This document shows positions 39,223 through 53,272 of a stretch of 64,000 nt of DNA, in pieces. The notes beneath the pieces are model-generated. The model ran no database searches and had not been told where the DNA came from. It was given only the letters and a program-made list of their open reading frames with translations. Each line of letters begins with the position of its first letter. Within the stretch, counting starts at the first letter, position 1. Where the stretch lies: positions 108,192,001 to 108,256,000 of the forward strand of contig NW_024704743.1 in assembly GCF_018977255.1 (NCBI RefSeq), given 5' to 3'. Made by a program: the position numbers and the translations under genes. The stretch is from Callorhinchus milii. Its lineage: Eukaryota.

Positions 39223-41624
39223 AAGCAAACAAATTAATGCATTTACTTTCATGTTTCAAAGCGCTTTATAGTAATTCACTGCTGTATTAATACAGTCAAG
39301 TGTAGTGACTGTTTTGTAGCTTATCACACACGCCAAAGTCCCACTAACAGCCATTAGATGAATGACTAATTTATCTTGTGGACTGTTGGGTGGGCAATCA
39401 GAGGAAACGTCCCTTCTCATTTGAATAGTGGCATGGGATCTGCAATGTTTAACCGAGAAACAGGCAAGATTGTTTAATGTCTCTTTCGAAGGTCAGCACT
39501 TCTGCCAAAGTGGAGGTTCTGGAGCGTCTGCCTAGACTACGAGTTCAAGCTGCCTCATACAGAACACAAAGGTCTTGGGTTTGCTTCCTAACTTGCTACA
39601 ACTGGCTTTAACATCGCTCTGCTAGAAAGTGGAAAAAATAAATGCTAGTTTATTCTGCTGATCAATCTGTTTGAAGCTCTTTGAGCTATTCTCCTAATGT
39701 GAAAGTTGTATAAATGAAAATTGCTGTTATTGATCACTGAAGGGGTTCCATGCTGGAGGTTTGCGCGTGTGTATGTGAGTGTCAGGAGAGGGCACATTGA
39801 TGCTTGGCCTCGTCAAGTTCTTTGACAAGGTTTGCTAACATGGACTCATGGGTGAAGAACCGGAGGTCCACAAGCATCCACAGAACTTCAGATCAGAATA
39901 AACCATTGCCTTCAGGATAGAAAAGGAACTGGAAACAAAGGCAGATAAAAGCAATGTGGGACAACATGTCTCTGATATTTCATCTGTCCCTCAGGAGCCT
40001 TACTGCAACTCCTATTAAGTGAGATGGAAGTGAGATGGCTGAAATCTCACTGTGTGACACATTCCACTAAAATGTGTGGAATGAATTACCATTATTTCTG
40101 AGCGCACTGAATAAAAAGCTGAGTTGATGCCTTCAACGTTGCTTTATCATGTTGTGTTCCTGACCAATTGTAAGTGATGATATTCTTTGTTTTTTTAAAA
40201 AAAGCTTCTGAGGTGTCGAGTTTGCCTGTATCAGTTGAACATTGCTATGTTCACCTTCCAAGAGTCACATCACGTGTGCTGTACCTTTGAAGACTGGACC
40301 TCAAGTCTTCACACAGTGTCACTTCCCTCCACCACTTCGAGAAACTGTAGATCACAGTAGTCTTATAAATAATGTAGAGCCTGATACGCTTGCTTGCTAT
40401 CTGCTGGGTCCTGAAAGAAAGGAATAATACATCAATAAAATTTGCATCTTCAAATTAAATACAGGAATTTAATGACAGCAGTAGCATATGTTAACAGATG
40501 AAGTGTAGCTTTAAATGTCCAATAGATTGGATTACATAGCAAAAAATAGACCTGCAACTGCAAACCATTGCAAATAAATATCTCCGGTGAGGTCACTAGC
40601 AGTGCTGACTGACACATAACTGATATGATATAGATTCTGCTGCCACTGACTTGCCAATGGGAATGTGCACTCTATCCTCTAGACTTCTCTCTTGGAGCAC
40701 TGCAATATATAGGACTGTCCATTCTTCTTTATAGCCAGTCTGAACGTTCATCATTTGAGCTAAGTAGCCGGGTGTTGTCCACATTGTGGTTGTCTGATAG
40801 CAGCAGATCACTGAGTGACTCATTGAATAATTAATAACTCAGATACGCTACCTTTTTGAATAACTGCTAGCTCCCTCCATTTATTGCTTCTAATAAAATT
40901 TCATAAGTTGTGGCTGCCTTGTATTGCAGCAGTCACCAAACACTGAAGGTATCACAAGGCTACTATAGACTCTCTCTCGTGTCCCTGATAAAGCCCATTT
41001 TACACGGTGGCTTCTCAATTGCATTCCTTTGAGAGTCACGATTTGTTGCAATGTTAATAAACGACAGAGGCTGGTGCATTTGTCAAAATATATAACGGGT
41101 TCTTCAAGGAGGGCAAGAGCTTTACCTTTATATAGTGATGTAAATGACACTCCGAGTCCCTGACAGCCTGGTGGCTTAGAGAACATAGCTAGAGAAATTA
41201 AAACATTAAGTTGACATGTTTCAGCTTTAAGAGTACAGTAAGAGTATGTACTTACTCTACACCCTAAGTATGCCTAACCATGTGCCCAACACCACAGCAA
41301 ACTACAAAGGGATTGTAGCCAAGGAATAGGCTTGCCCTTCACCCTGCACCAGTGGACTGAATATATTACACAAATCTACTTGACTTAGTGTTAAAAGACT
41401 AATGTTTTAACAAGTTCAGGAATAAAGCAAAATATTGCTCAAAATCACAGTTATATTAGATGAGGAAGTATATCAGGACCTTTTGGTATAAAACATGATA
41501 TTTCAAAATACATTTGATATAGTTTTCACTTTGGATCTGTCATGAAACATTACATTTCTCTCACGTTGCTCCTTACCCCCTGGCCCAACCTCAAGCTGCT
41601 AAGGTATCAGCCTGGCTCATTTGG

Positions 41625-41914
41625 TACACAATCTGTAGGTTCAAGGCTTACGGTGATACTTTGAGCTCACAGTCTTGCCTGACACTCCATGCAGTCCTGG
41701 GGGTCTGCTGTATTGACAGAGGTGCCTTCGTACAGTTGAAAGGTTAAACCAAGCTCCCAACTGTCTGCTCAGGTGAATGTTAAAGATCCCATGGCGCTAT
41801 TCAAAAAGAGAAGGGAGTTTTTCTAGGTGTTATAGCCAACAATCCTCCNAAAAAAATTAGTCATTCACTTCATGGCTGTCATGGGCAAATAGCTGCTGTG
41901 TTCACCTATAAATA

Positions 41915-41947
<33 letters not shown>

Positions 41948-42340
41948 CCTTGCATTTGATATAGCGCTTTTCACGTCGGGAGGACGTCCCAAAGCACTTC
42001 ACAGAACACACTGTAAAGTGAATTAACTGTATATTTGTGTGCGAACGTGACAGCCAATTGCGCACAGCAGTGTCCCACAAACAGTTGTAGATTGAAAATG
42101 ACCAATTTTTTATTTTTTTTTGGTTTTGGAGGGATTATTATTAGGCGTGTGGAGTAAGGAAACTTTCCCAAGGTTTCGCCCTGCCTGGAATTGAACTCAG
42201 GTCTCTCGCTTGCAAAGCGAGTGCTCTAACCACTGAGCTACAGGACTCCACCTTCACTACACTTTACTGTAAATCCTGTGAACACATTTTGAGATGCTTT
42301 GAGATGCCCTGCTTCTACATCAAATGTAAAGATTATCATT
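41625..42340 (+). mobile_element. DeuSINE-like SINE split by an antisense young SINE
   Basis: Head and body at 41625-41919; the tail (cactttactgtaaatcctgtgaa...tcaaatgtaaagatt) resumes at 42251. Confidence 0.75.
41920..42250 (-). mobile_element. Young tRNA-Ala SINE, full length (CTCCC-loop tail)
   Basis: Intact head, body, stem-loop and (TAA)n; near-identical to the copies at 44962 and 53273. Confidence 0.93.
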
Positions 42341-44191
42341 TTTCTCTTTTGTCTTTTTTGATCGTGCTTACGGTCATCTCCGACTCTCTCTATCCCTGGC
42401 TCGGGGTCAGACTCTGTCACTGTCGAGCCCTCTTGGATGTTACCCTGCGTGAAGGGCGTTATATAAATGCAAGTTGTTGTTGTTGTAGATATTCTGCTTA
42501 AGAACAATTACTTTAGAAAATGCAGGTTTGAACAAACTGTAGTTTATTTTGCAATATTTGAGAAGTACTAAATATGAGCCTCTTTGGTTGGTTTGAGAAG
42601 TGGGATTGTTCTTGGTTGGTGATTTCAGAAAGATGCTAAACTCTGTAAAATTTCTTGGGGAAATGGTGTTTTACTTTAAAAAATTTTTTTACTCTTTAGC
42701 AGCTTTCACAATCACAACTGTGCTTTCCGTCTCTTCTACTATCTGCAATATACCACAAGATTACAAGATTAGTTTGGATGAAGAAAACCCTTCAGCCCAT
42801 CTGATCTCATCCTTCCAGAATACCCACCCTCCCATCACAGTGTGAAATTGCTTTTTAATGAATCCAGTGTCCTGGCATCAACCACCCGGCCTACGGCAAC
42901 CTGTTCCAGTCATTAACCATAAGTTAGACCCAGCTACAGTGAGACAGAGCATCACAAGCTGTATCATCACCACCCACTTGTGCTTTGTGCAGTGTTCAGC
43001 ATGTTTTGGTGCTTAGGACCACTATTCACCAGAGGATATGTCAATATTACCACATCTCCCTTGACTTGGCGCAGACTTGCCTGGCTTTGTCAAGTGTGTC
43101 TCCCCCAGGGAGAAACTGCTCACCTTCTCTTGCCCCTGCTGACCCCTTCAGCCGAGGGGAAATAAAATTTTAAGAGGTTTACATTCATTTTATTGACCTT
43201 GAAAGTGATTCCTCTGGAGATTTGAACCCTGACCCCTGTGATCTTAAGTCTAAGGCTCTTTCGACTGAACAACTCAAGATGTTTATTTTGCTTTGTGGTT
43301 GGAACTGTTATAAGGACGCAATTTGGAATCTTGATACAGATTTTATATTTTTAACTTGGATAATTTTCAGGCACATTTATCAATGCAGAAAAATAAAAAT
43401 AAAATAAAAAATGAATGTTAAGGAGCATTTTGTAAGCAGTTCTGACTTAAAAATATGCTCAGAAGTGCAGGTACCTTGGGGAAAAGAGGTTGTATAAGAA
43501 AGGGCAGCAATTATAGTGTAGTTTACAAATAAAAGATGAGATTAGAGAAAAATGCCGCAGTGCTCATGTTTTAGAGTTCCCAGAGGAAGAAACCTTTAAA
43601 AACACAGTCGATGATAGCAGAAATTAACTGTTTGAGGTAACGCGAGCATGATTATAGGCACTTAATAAATCAAATCTTTATGTTTCCATGGGTGCGGTTT
43701 CTGTGTCTTGCATTTTGTTTGGAGACATTTCAGAGTTTATCAAGGTTTACCTTTCTAATTTTACTTTGCTTTGTCTCATGCTACCTCTTCAACACTACTG
43801 ACCCAGTCACTTCCTTTGCTTAACAAACACTGGTTTAGTTCATGTGCCCTGCTCTACCCACCCCTATCAGCAGATAGGCTTTCACCAATGCTGACCCCAT
43901 TTCTGGAACTCCATCCCAGAGTCCCTCCGACACGCTCTGTTCCTCCCCTAATTCAAGGCCCACCTCAAAACATACCCCCCCCACCCCCACTCCACTCCTC
44001 CCAACCCCAGTCCCTCAGCTCCCACCCCAGCTTGGGTACTCAGCCAGCATCATCCTCCACCAGCTGAAAGATGCTGTATTACAAGCATTATGTATAGATT
44101 AGGATGAACTCTGGCCTTTGGTAAATTCACAATGCTATTTTTCTTGTCCTGTAATATACACAGAATCAATACTCCTTTTCTATAGCTGCAC

Positions 44192-44602
44192 TAATAATAA
44201 TCCTTGCATTTGATATAGCACCTTATTACATCATTGAGATGCTTGAAAAAGTTTCACAGAATATACTGTAAAATGGATTGACTGTATTTTGTGGGTGAAA
44301 TGTGGCATCCACTTATGCATAGCAATGTCCCATGAACAGCGATTCAGTGAGTGGCCAGGACACCAAGAGAAAATCCTTTCTCTTTTCAAATAGTGCCATG
44401 GGATCTTTAATGTCCACCTGTATAGGCAGATGGGACTTTGGTTTTTTAACATCTCATCCAAAGGATGGCATCTCCTACAATGCAGCACTCGACCAGCTGT
44501 GCACTGGGAGTCAGTGTGGATTATGTGATTCCAAATCTTGATATGGGACTTGAACCCACATTTTGACTCAGAAGCCAGAGTACTATCACTGAGCGAAGCT
44601 AA
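44192..44602 (-). mobile_element. DeuSINE-like SINE, near full length
   Basis: Plus strand shows aatagtgccatgggatctttaatgtccacctg...tttaacatctcatccaaaggatggcatctcc...gggacttgaacccac. Confidence 0.8.
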
Positions 44603-44961
44603 TGCTATGTTTCCAATGTCAAATTATCAGTCCTGCTCATTTGAAATTGCCTTTGTTTTCAATTTTTTTTATTCCTGACATGGAACAAGAGAGTGTGGAG
44701 ATTGGTGAAAGGATGGGAGTGGGGGTAAATGAGAGTCATTTGATCTCTGGCAATCAAAGTCAGTCTTCCAGATGCCCACCCCTCTTGGGGCAGTATTGAA
44801 TTCCTGTCATTTTAATGGAGGCTTCAGTAGACTAACCAAGAATCAGGGACTCCCATCATATTGGCAGAAATTCAACGCTACAGAGTATTGAACCAATCCT
44901 TGTGTCCGAGCTTCCCAATCCCTGTCAGGTAGTGGAGTGCTTATGCTTCTAATTCCTTAAG

Positions 44962-45275
44962 ATAATAATCATAATCCTTGCATTTGATATAGCGCTTTTC
45001 ACGTCGGGAGGACGTCCCAAAGCGCTTCACAGAACACACTGTAAAGTGAATTGACTGTATATTTGTGGGCGAACGTGACAGCCAATTGCGCACAGCAGTG
45101 TCCCACAAACAGTCGTAGAATTCAAAATTACGAATTTTTTGGGGGGGGTTTTGGAGGTATTATTATTAGGCGTGTGGGGTAGGGAAACTTGCCCAAGGTT
45201 TTGCCCTGCCTGGAATTGAACTCAGGTCTCTCGCTTGCAAAGCGAGTGCTCTAACCACTGAACTACAGGACTTCA
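44962..45275 (-). mobile_element. Young tRNA-Ala SINE, full length
   Basis: Same structure as 41920-42250. Confidence 0.92.
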
Positions 45276-46158
45276 CAAATGACGCCTCCATATCCTGCAG
45301 TATTTATTTAAAGTCAACCAACATTACTAGGCGTCAACTATTCTTAAAGAATGTTGTCCCTGTGAAGGATGACTGAAGGGCTTTGATGTGCAGTGGGCGT
45401 ATTGAATGCTGTGTCTCTGTGCGAGACAATATCTTTGAATATATTTATATTAGGATATAAAAGGAGGGTTGTCATTGGAATTTTGAATATGTCTGATATG
45501 AGTAAACTGCCTGCAGTTAGGCAATGTGATAAGATATTTCAAGTCTGTGTCAGTGTGCTCAGGCATAACTTTTGAGAAGTTGGAACAATTCAATTTTCTT
45601 ATAGACCCTGCTCCAAAAAAAATTGCACTGATAAAGGATAGAGACCTTACCTGATAGATTGATAGATATTGTGAAGATTTAAGCCACAGACCAGAAAGGC
45701 AGATGTTCAAATTCCCATCTGTGTGTTGAGTTAGCTGTTTCGTGCTAGACAGACGGTGGTAATATACAGCAGAAATATACAGGCAGTGAGTTGGGATAAG
45801 GATAGAATGGGATGAGTGGGAGGGTTACAACTGCCTCCAATACCCCTGAATTGCCTCCAATGCCCCTGAGGAAAGAGAGGACATTGGTCAGGTTTCCTCT
45901 CTCCTCTCTCTCTCTCTCTCTCTCTCGTAGCAATTCTAATCAGTGCCTTGAGAGGGGAAAAAAGTCTTCACAGGGAATGTCTCCCAGGTTCAGGAAGCCA
46001 CCATTTTGTACAGTGGTGGGGTTCATCCACATCAAATGATGGCTGGAAGCGCTCACTTTAAAAGCTTTTTGCTTGAAATCTGGAGAATTAACTAGAATGC
46101 ACATGAGCTGTGACCTACAGGCACGTGCCTGTTTATTTGGTGTCTTCCCACATTAGAA

Positions 46159-46190
46159 CAAATGCCACCATTGATCAATGGTGGCATTTG
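46159..46190. repeat. Perfect 32-bp palindrome
   Basis: CAAATGCCACCATTGA|TCAATGGTGGCATTTG is its own reverse complement, with no spacer. Confidence 0.97.
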
Positions 46191-46924
46191 GAGGGATTCT
46201 GAAAATTATGCAGGAAAATGTCATTTTTAGTAAGCCAGTATTTCAGGCATATTGAAAATGTGAAACATGGCAATTTCATAAAATGCCAGGCAGAAAATGG
46301 TAACGGACTTAATTATGACTACAGATCTCAAACCTTGAACGTGAAGTATTTAGCAGAACCAACAGCAACTTGCACTTATAGAGCTCCTTTCATGTAGGAT
46401 AATGTCTAGGAGCACTTCACAAAGACAGGGTTAGATACTGAGCAAGAGATAGGGAGGAGTGGGAAGGGAGGAGTGGATGATGAACAAAATTGAGGTGGCA
46501 TTTAACATTTGACTTTGATATTAAGACATTAGGACTTTGTGTTAAACCTTGGTTATAATAATAACTCCTTGTGATGCCCATTAGATTAATTGGAGCTTCT
46601 GGAAGGTGGAGCTTAGAGCTGGCAAGGAGAGATTTGGAGAAATCTATCCTCAGGGAACGATTGAGGGTTTCAGTGACAGAGGGGCTGAGGTTATGATGTA
46701 AAGCAGACACTGTTTTGGAGATGGAAAAAGGCAGTTTTTGCAATGTGACCAGATTTAGGGTTTGAAGCATAGCTGGGGGTGAAGCAGAATCCTAAAATTG
46801 TGCACAGGGCGATTGACATCTGCAGGAGGAATCAGGGAGGTTGACAGTCGGAGTCCTGGGCGAGAATGCACTGGAGAGAACTAATGGGGGTGGCTTCAGT
46901 TTTCTTAACATTTAGCTGAACGCT

Positions 46925-47190
46925 TACCTAGAAGTAAGTAGGAACCCAGTTGTTAGTCGATTGGAGGATCGCTTTTCCGGTGGCGATTATTCCTCCAAAA
47001 TAAATAATAATACTAACTTGTATTAATACCGATCTATGACTGTTTGTGGATATGGTGCACGATTGGCTACCGCATTTCGCCCACAAAATGTACAGTCAAT
47101 TGACTTCACAGTATATTCTGTGAAACGCTTTGATACGTCTTGAAGACGTGACAAGCACTATATCAAATGCAAGAATTATTATTATATTAT
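46925..47190 (+). mobile_element. tRNA-Ala SINE, long subfamily, 3' part
   Basis: ttacctagaagtaagtaggaacccagttgttagtcgattggaggatcgcttttcc, then the shared body and tail. Confidence 0.75.
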
Positions 47191-49977
47191 TTATTTTGTA
47201 TTTATGTGAGGTTTTCCAATTTAGCTGTACACATGAATGCAGAGAGCAATATGTTTTCTGCTACTGCAAGTAGCCTGGTTATTACTTCACTTGCTGTAGG
47301 TGTATTTTCCACAGTTCAGTTGAAGCTTAATAGATTTGATTCCCTCCAACAAATTGTATCAAGCCAAGCTAGTCAAGAAAGGTAGGTGTAGGCAGGATTT
47401 GTAGAGCCACTACCAGTAACTTCTTTCCTTTAGCATTTAGAGTGTATAAAATGGTTACGATAGTACTGATTAAAGATATAACTTTAGGAATATAGGAATA
47501 TACCGGGCTGGAGAAGAATATTGCAGTCTATCTTATCTGTCTGGTCCCGAAGCAAAATAAAGCATAACAATCAACTTCTCATACCTCTCAATTGAGTTTT
47601 TCCCCCCGAATAGCTAAGCAGATTTCTCTTGAATTTTCTGATAATATGCCTATGTCGGCCATTCAACATATTTACCAGTTAAATCGAAAGTGTTCATTCT
47701 TCTGGGTTTGAGTCAGTACTTTTCTGTGTTGGAGTTCGCACTAATTTTGTATTAGTATACTTATAACTTTGAATGAATGCTTCAGTGTGATTGTCTAAGA
47801 AACTTATCTTCTCCATAGCTGTTGCATGATTAATTGTAGCTTTCAATCCTATTGGTCTTTGTTGTGCTCAGGATTTCTCTACTGTAATGAAGTGATCAGA
47901 ATTGTGGACAGGACTCTTGGGGGGGGGCTGGATGATTCGGTACTGATGGTAATTTTCAGTGAAAAACTATTGTACTGTTAGAGAAACTGACTCGGATTCT
48001 GCTCTGGGTTCATGCTTTAACTTGTCTAATTAAGTTTTTCACCTTTTCTATGGAGGGCGTCCTATGTGAATGTATATTAGACTCAGGCTGGGGTGCAGAC
48101 CTATTTGCGTTGCCAGGTTTAAGACTGAACAATTTCCCTCTCACAACTACTGGAGAATGGTTTGTCTCTCTAGGATAGTCAGAGTTCAAATTTCAACTTT
48201 TGATTTTACTTACCAAGATCTTTAAAGTTTTTATTTCTTGTGAGTGCACCCTTGTAGCTTTTAATTTTTAAACTCAATTTTGAAGAAGTATCTGTTCGCT
48301 TACAAACACACAGTCGCTTTAAGATATCATGTGTTATATCAAATGCAAGGCCTATCAGTGTTAATCATAAATAATTTCAGATGGAGACTTGCTGATCTGT
48401 TGGGCTGAAATTATTTATTCATTACTGTATTATTATTAATAATAATATTCATATCACACACCACATTTTCCCACCACAGTACACATTTCTACTGGCATAC
48501 TATACATTATGTATTCATACATATGTATGCTTTTCCTGCAAATATACAGTCCACACTGTCCTACATCATAATGGGAGTTGAAATAATGGGATTATTCTCT
48601 TCCGTTCACTAAGTGGGAAATCTTTCAACATGTGCTTATGGTAGGATTTGCCATACTTTAACATAATAAATTAAGCATGCAGCCCACCTTGTTTGTGTAT
48701 GTGGTGCAATAATAATTCTTACTACTTACTATAATAATACATCTTTCTGTTATATTATTCATTTGTGTATCTATTGAACAAAATAACATTTTCATTTTCA
48801 ACACATTTTACAAAGTAATCAAAACGTAATCAACATTCTTTTCATAGGGGAATTGTTTCAAGATTTCCACACATTTCTTGTTAAACAACAATCCTGAACA
48901 GAGATTATGAGGCAGGGTAGCCAGAAATTAATATGTTTCAATTCAGCTTTATGCTAATTAGCAACCACCAGCAGTCTTCATTTTAGTAAGCTCCCCTGGT
49001 GCATAAATTGCCAGATATTTTCACACATCAGTTATTTTAGTTGTTTAACATGAAATAAAATAATTGCAGTTGGTTTGTTGGGTGTGTGGTGAATACAGAT
49101 AAGCTCAGATTGTGTGGCTACCGAGTGTGAAACGATATGCATAATTTCATCATTGGATGTAATAATAATAACAATAATATTCCTTGCATTTGTTACAACG
49201 TCTTATCATGCTGTTGAGATGTCTCAAAGCACTTCATAGGATTTTACTGTGAAAAGTAGTGACTGTGTATTTGTAGGCGAATGCAACATCCAATTTATGT
49301 ACAGCATTGTCCCACAAACAACCATGAAGTGAATGATCATTTTTTTTATTTTGAAGAACTGTTGGCCAAGACACCAGGAGAAACGTATTTCCCTTTTTGA
49401 GTAGTGTCATGGAAACTTTAACATCCACTTGAACAGGCATGGGAACATAGGAAAAACAGGCTATAAAAAACAATTGTGGATCATCTAGTCCCAAAGTGTT
49501 ATTTTATAAAAAAAATATGTTTTAGCTCTCCAATTTCTCATGTGCCGGCTCTTTGAAAACAGCAATCCAAATTAATCCCATTCCTCCGCGCTCTCCCCAT
49601 AGCACTGCAAACTTGTCTTCCCCAAAAATACAGCCCTCATGGAAGTCAACCCTTTTTTTTAATCACAGGAAGCTGGTGCACATGTGCACAATGCATAAGA
49701 AGTGACATCTGAGGTGATGTGATGACCCAGATATCAGCAATCTTTTTCAGCTTCCTTGTAACATGTACCTGATGACAGCATTATGCCGGAGATTATTTTG
49801 TCTAGACTTTTTTTCAGTAACACCTTCAAAATACACAGACATTACATACTCCATTAAATTTTGTGAAGCACTTAACTAGCAGTGTTAGTCAATCCTTTAT
49901 GAAACTAGTTATGAATGGCATTAAAATCAATAAATACAAATTAAATTGCAATTTTGATCCCTTTGCAGTCCCGTTCT

Positions 49978-51117
49978 TTGGTTGGATTGGGGAATGGTTA
50001 ATGGGTAGGAAACAAAGAGTAGGGATAAACGGGTCCTTTTCAGATTGGCGGGATGTGACTATTGGCATGCCACAAGGATCAGTCCTTGGGCCTCAGCTAT
50101 TTACCATCTACATCAATGATAGATGAGGACATCGAAGCTAATATATCTAAATTTGCGGATGACACAAAACTAGGAGGAAGTGCCAACACAAAGGATGACA
50201 TTAAAAAATGCAGCGAGACATAGATAGGTTAGGTGATTGGGCAGGTAGGTGGCAGATGAAGTATAATGTGGGGAAGTGCAAAGTCATCCACCTAGGTAGC
50301 AAAAACAGTAGAGCTGGTTATTTTTTAGAAGGGGAGAGATTGGAATGTGTTAGCGTCCAGAGGGACTTGGGTGTCCTTGTACACCAATCACAGAAAGTTA
50401 GTCTGCAGGTGCAGCAACAATTAGGAAGGCGAACGGTATGTTAGCATTCATTATGAAAAGATTAGAGTATAAGAGTAGGGAAGTCTTGCTGCAACTGTAT
50501 AGGGCCCTGGTGAGACCACACCTGGAATACTGTGTCCAGTTTTGGTCTCCTCATTTAAGGAAGGACATACTTGCCTTGGAGGGGGTGCAGCGTAGATTTA
50601 CTAGTTTAGTGCCAGGGATGAAGGGGATGAGTTACGAGGATAGGCTGACCAATTTGGGCCTATATTCTCTAGAATATAGAAGAATTAGATGAGATCTTAT
50701 AGAAACCTATAAGATCATCAAAGGGCATGATAGAGTAGATAGTGGGAGATTGTTTCCCCTGGTTGGAGAAACTAAAACCAGGGGTCACAACCTTAAAATC
50801 AGAGACCAGCCCTTTCGCACTGAGTTGAGAGTTGAGGAAGAACTTCTTCACTCAAAGGGTGGTGAATGTATGGAACTCACTACCCCAAAGGGTTGTTGAC
50901 GCTCAGTCCTTGAACATATTCAAGACTGAGATAGATAGATTTCTTATTGCAAAAGGGATTAAGGGATATGGGGATAAGGCAGGGTTGGGTTATTAGCTGG
51001 AGTTAGATTAGAAGATCAGCCATGATTGAATGGCAGGGCAGGCTCGAAGGGCCGAATGGTTTACTCCTGCTCCTACATGTTATGTTATGTTACGTTACAT
51101 TATGTTATGTTATGTTA
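49978..51117 (+). mobile_element. CR1 LINE, 5'-truncated, with reverse transcriptase remnant
   Basis: WL.GRKQRVGING...PQGSVLGPQLFTIYIND, KFADDTKL, LVRPHLEYCVQFWSP; frameshifted; tail tcctgctcctac(ATGTT)n. Confidence 0.95.
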
Positions 51118-51311
51118 ACGTGTTAAATTGAGGTCCGGTGTGCCTATTCGGTTGAACATTAAACATTAAAGATCCTATGGCACTATTCAAAAAAAGTTTC
51201 TCCCACTGTTTCTCCCAGTAATCCTGTGATGCACTTTGAGATGTCCCCCTGATGTGAAAGGTACTATAGAAAATGTAATAATTATCCTTTTTCAACTAGA
51301 AGTCTATCTCA

Positions 51312-51549
51312 GAGGAAAGAGTGCTACCAACTGAGCCAAGCTGACACTTGACTGAACATTAATATTTTATTGTTTCTCACCCTGCCATAAATTGTAACCT
51401 TGTCCATTGGTAACATTTAAGCACAGGGGTGACTATTGAAATGAAAACCATTTCCACCGGTGTTATTCACCAATTGTAAGGTTACAAACTTGACATTTTC
51501 TCTCATTTTCTTTGGCTTAAAAAAAGGTTCTTAACTTTGCCCAATTGAA
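51312..51549 (+). repeat. Copy 1 of a ~240-bp diverged direct duplication
   Basis: Collinear with 52340-52583; shared blocks include tgaacattaatattt, acatttaagcaca, acaaacttgacattt and aaaaaaaggttcttaacttt. Confidence 0.9.
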
Positions 51550-52339
51550 GTATGGATATGAATTATCACCCCCAGTGATGTATAAAGTAATTGTGATTCT
51601 ATTGATGCACCACTGCGCAGACACAGAAGCACACTCACTATATACGTGAAAAGCGCTATATCAAATGCAAGGATTATTATTATTATTATTATTATTTTAA
51701 ACTGGGTTTCCCCCCATTCCTGGCTTCAGTAGTGTGTGACATGAAACAGACACAATTCATCATGTACAATCAGTGAGCCAGGTTACCCTTTCAAACTACA
51801 TTTTTTGTAGTCAGTTGGGTGTCTGACATGTGCAGAAACCCATCACCATGCATTAAAAGTACCCAAGCTAGACATCTAGACATGGTGATTGGTTTCCGAA
51901 TGACCAAAAACCCAGCTGACCAAAATACAGAATAGAATAATTTAACAGCTCTGCATGACTTTCTACAGAAGACTGACATGAAAGGCAGAAGATACGAATA
52001 CCATGCCATGAAATATTGAATCGCTAAATAATTACATACTTGCTGATCTATGAATAAAGTATTCAATGGAAGTGTAGCATATGAGCATTATTTTTTTAAA
52101 TATAATGACCATTTTTTTTATCTGCGGAATTGTTGGCCACGACACTAGGAAAAAATCTGTTCTTTTTTCAGATAGTACCATGGAATTTTTTATATCCACC
52201 TGAACAGGCAGACAAAATCTTGGTTTAACATCTCATTAGAAGGACTGTACGTCCAACAATGTAAGGCTCCTCAGCCTTAGAGTGTCAGCCTAAGATTGTG
52301 AGCTCAAAGTCCTGATTGAACCCACAACCTTCTAACTCG

Positions 52340-52583
52340 GAGGCAAGAGAGCTACCAACTGAGCCAGGCTGACACCTGGTTGAACATTAATATTTAATTG
52401 TTCCTCACCCCACCATAAACTGTAGTCTTGTCCATCGGTGACATTTAAGCACAAAGATGGCTATGAAATTTAAAAAAAGAGTATTTCCACAGGCGTTGCT
52501 TCACCAATTATAAGGTGACAAACTTGACATTTTCTCTCATTTTGTTCGCCTCAAAAAAAGGTTCTTAACTTTTCCCAATTGAA
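52340..52583 (+). repeat. Copy 2 of the ~240-bp direct duplication (overlaps the head of a minus-strand DeuSINE-like copy at ~52100-52376)
   Basis: Collinear with 51312-51549. Confidence 0.9.
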
Positions 52584-53272
52584 AACTACTTTGTGTTATA
52601 TCAATAGAATACGTCCTAGCTGTCAGTACATTAAGCTTTTCATTTCCGCTTGAAGGACTCACCATAAATTCAGTGGGCGAAACACAAATGAAATACAAAT
52701 CAGAATGCATGAAATATTCTATAACTCTACGCAGACTTTCCGTTAAATATAACCGTGTGTGTTTCAGATATGGCAGAGAGGCTTCCATATCTCCGATAGA
52801 GCAGTGGGAAGCAATGTTAATAATAAAATATTTATTGTTTTAGAATTTCTGTTCTAAATCACAGCTGTAATTTATAAACAACGGGCGATTATACTACATT
52901 TCTGTAATAACTTATTGTTTGATCCCTTCAAAGCAACTTTCTCCATCAGCTTCTTTTTGTAGCGCCTTACTATGTTGAAATATGCCCTAAAGCTGGGCAG
53001 AGTTAGTAGCTCTTTGGGGCCAGAGGATTTTGGGTTGAAACCCCATGTTGGATTTGAGCTCATAGATTGGCACTCGCACATACAGGCACATACAGGTGAG
53101 CCCGTTGTAAAGCACCTCCCTGGAGCGATGGCAAGGAGACTTGAAAACGAATTTCCATTGAACACGTAGCAAAAGGTTATAAAAGGAGACAGACAATGGG
53201 CCAATGTTGTCAATAACAAGTTTATTTATATTTAACCTTTGCGTGGGAAAATGTCTCGGAGCGCTTGACATT

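Noticed and set aside
41849..41849. Ambiguous base n
   Set aside because: It lies between a C run and an A run inside a SINE; this is sequencing or assembly uncertainty, not biology.
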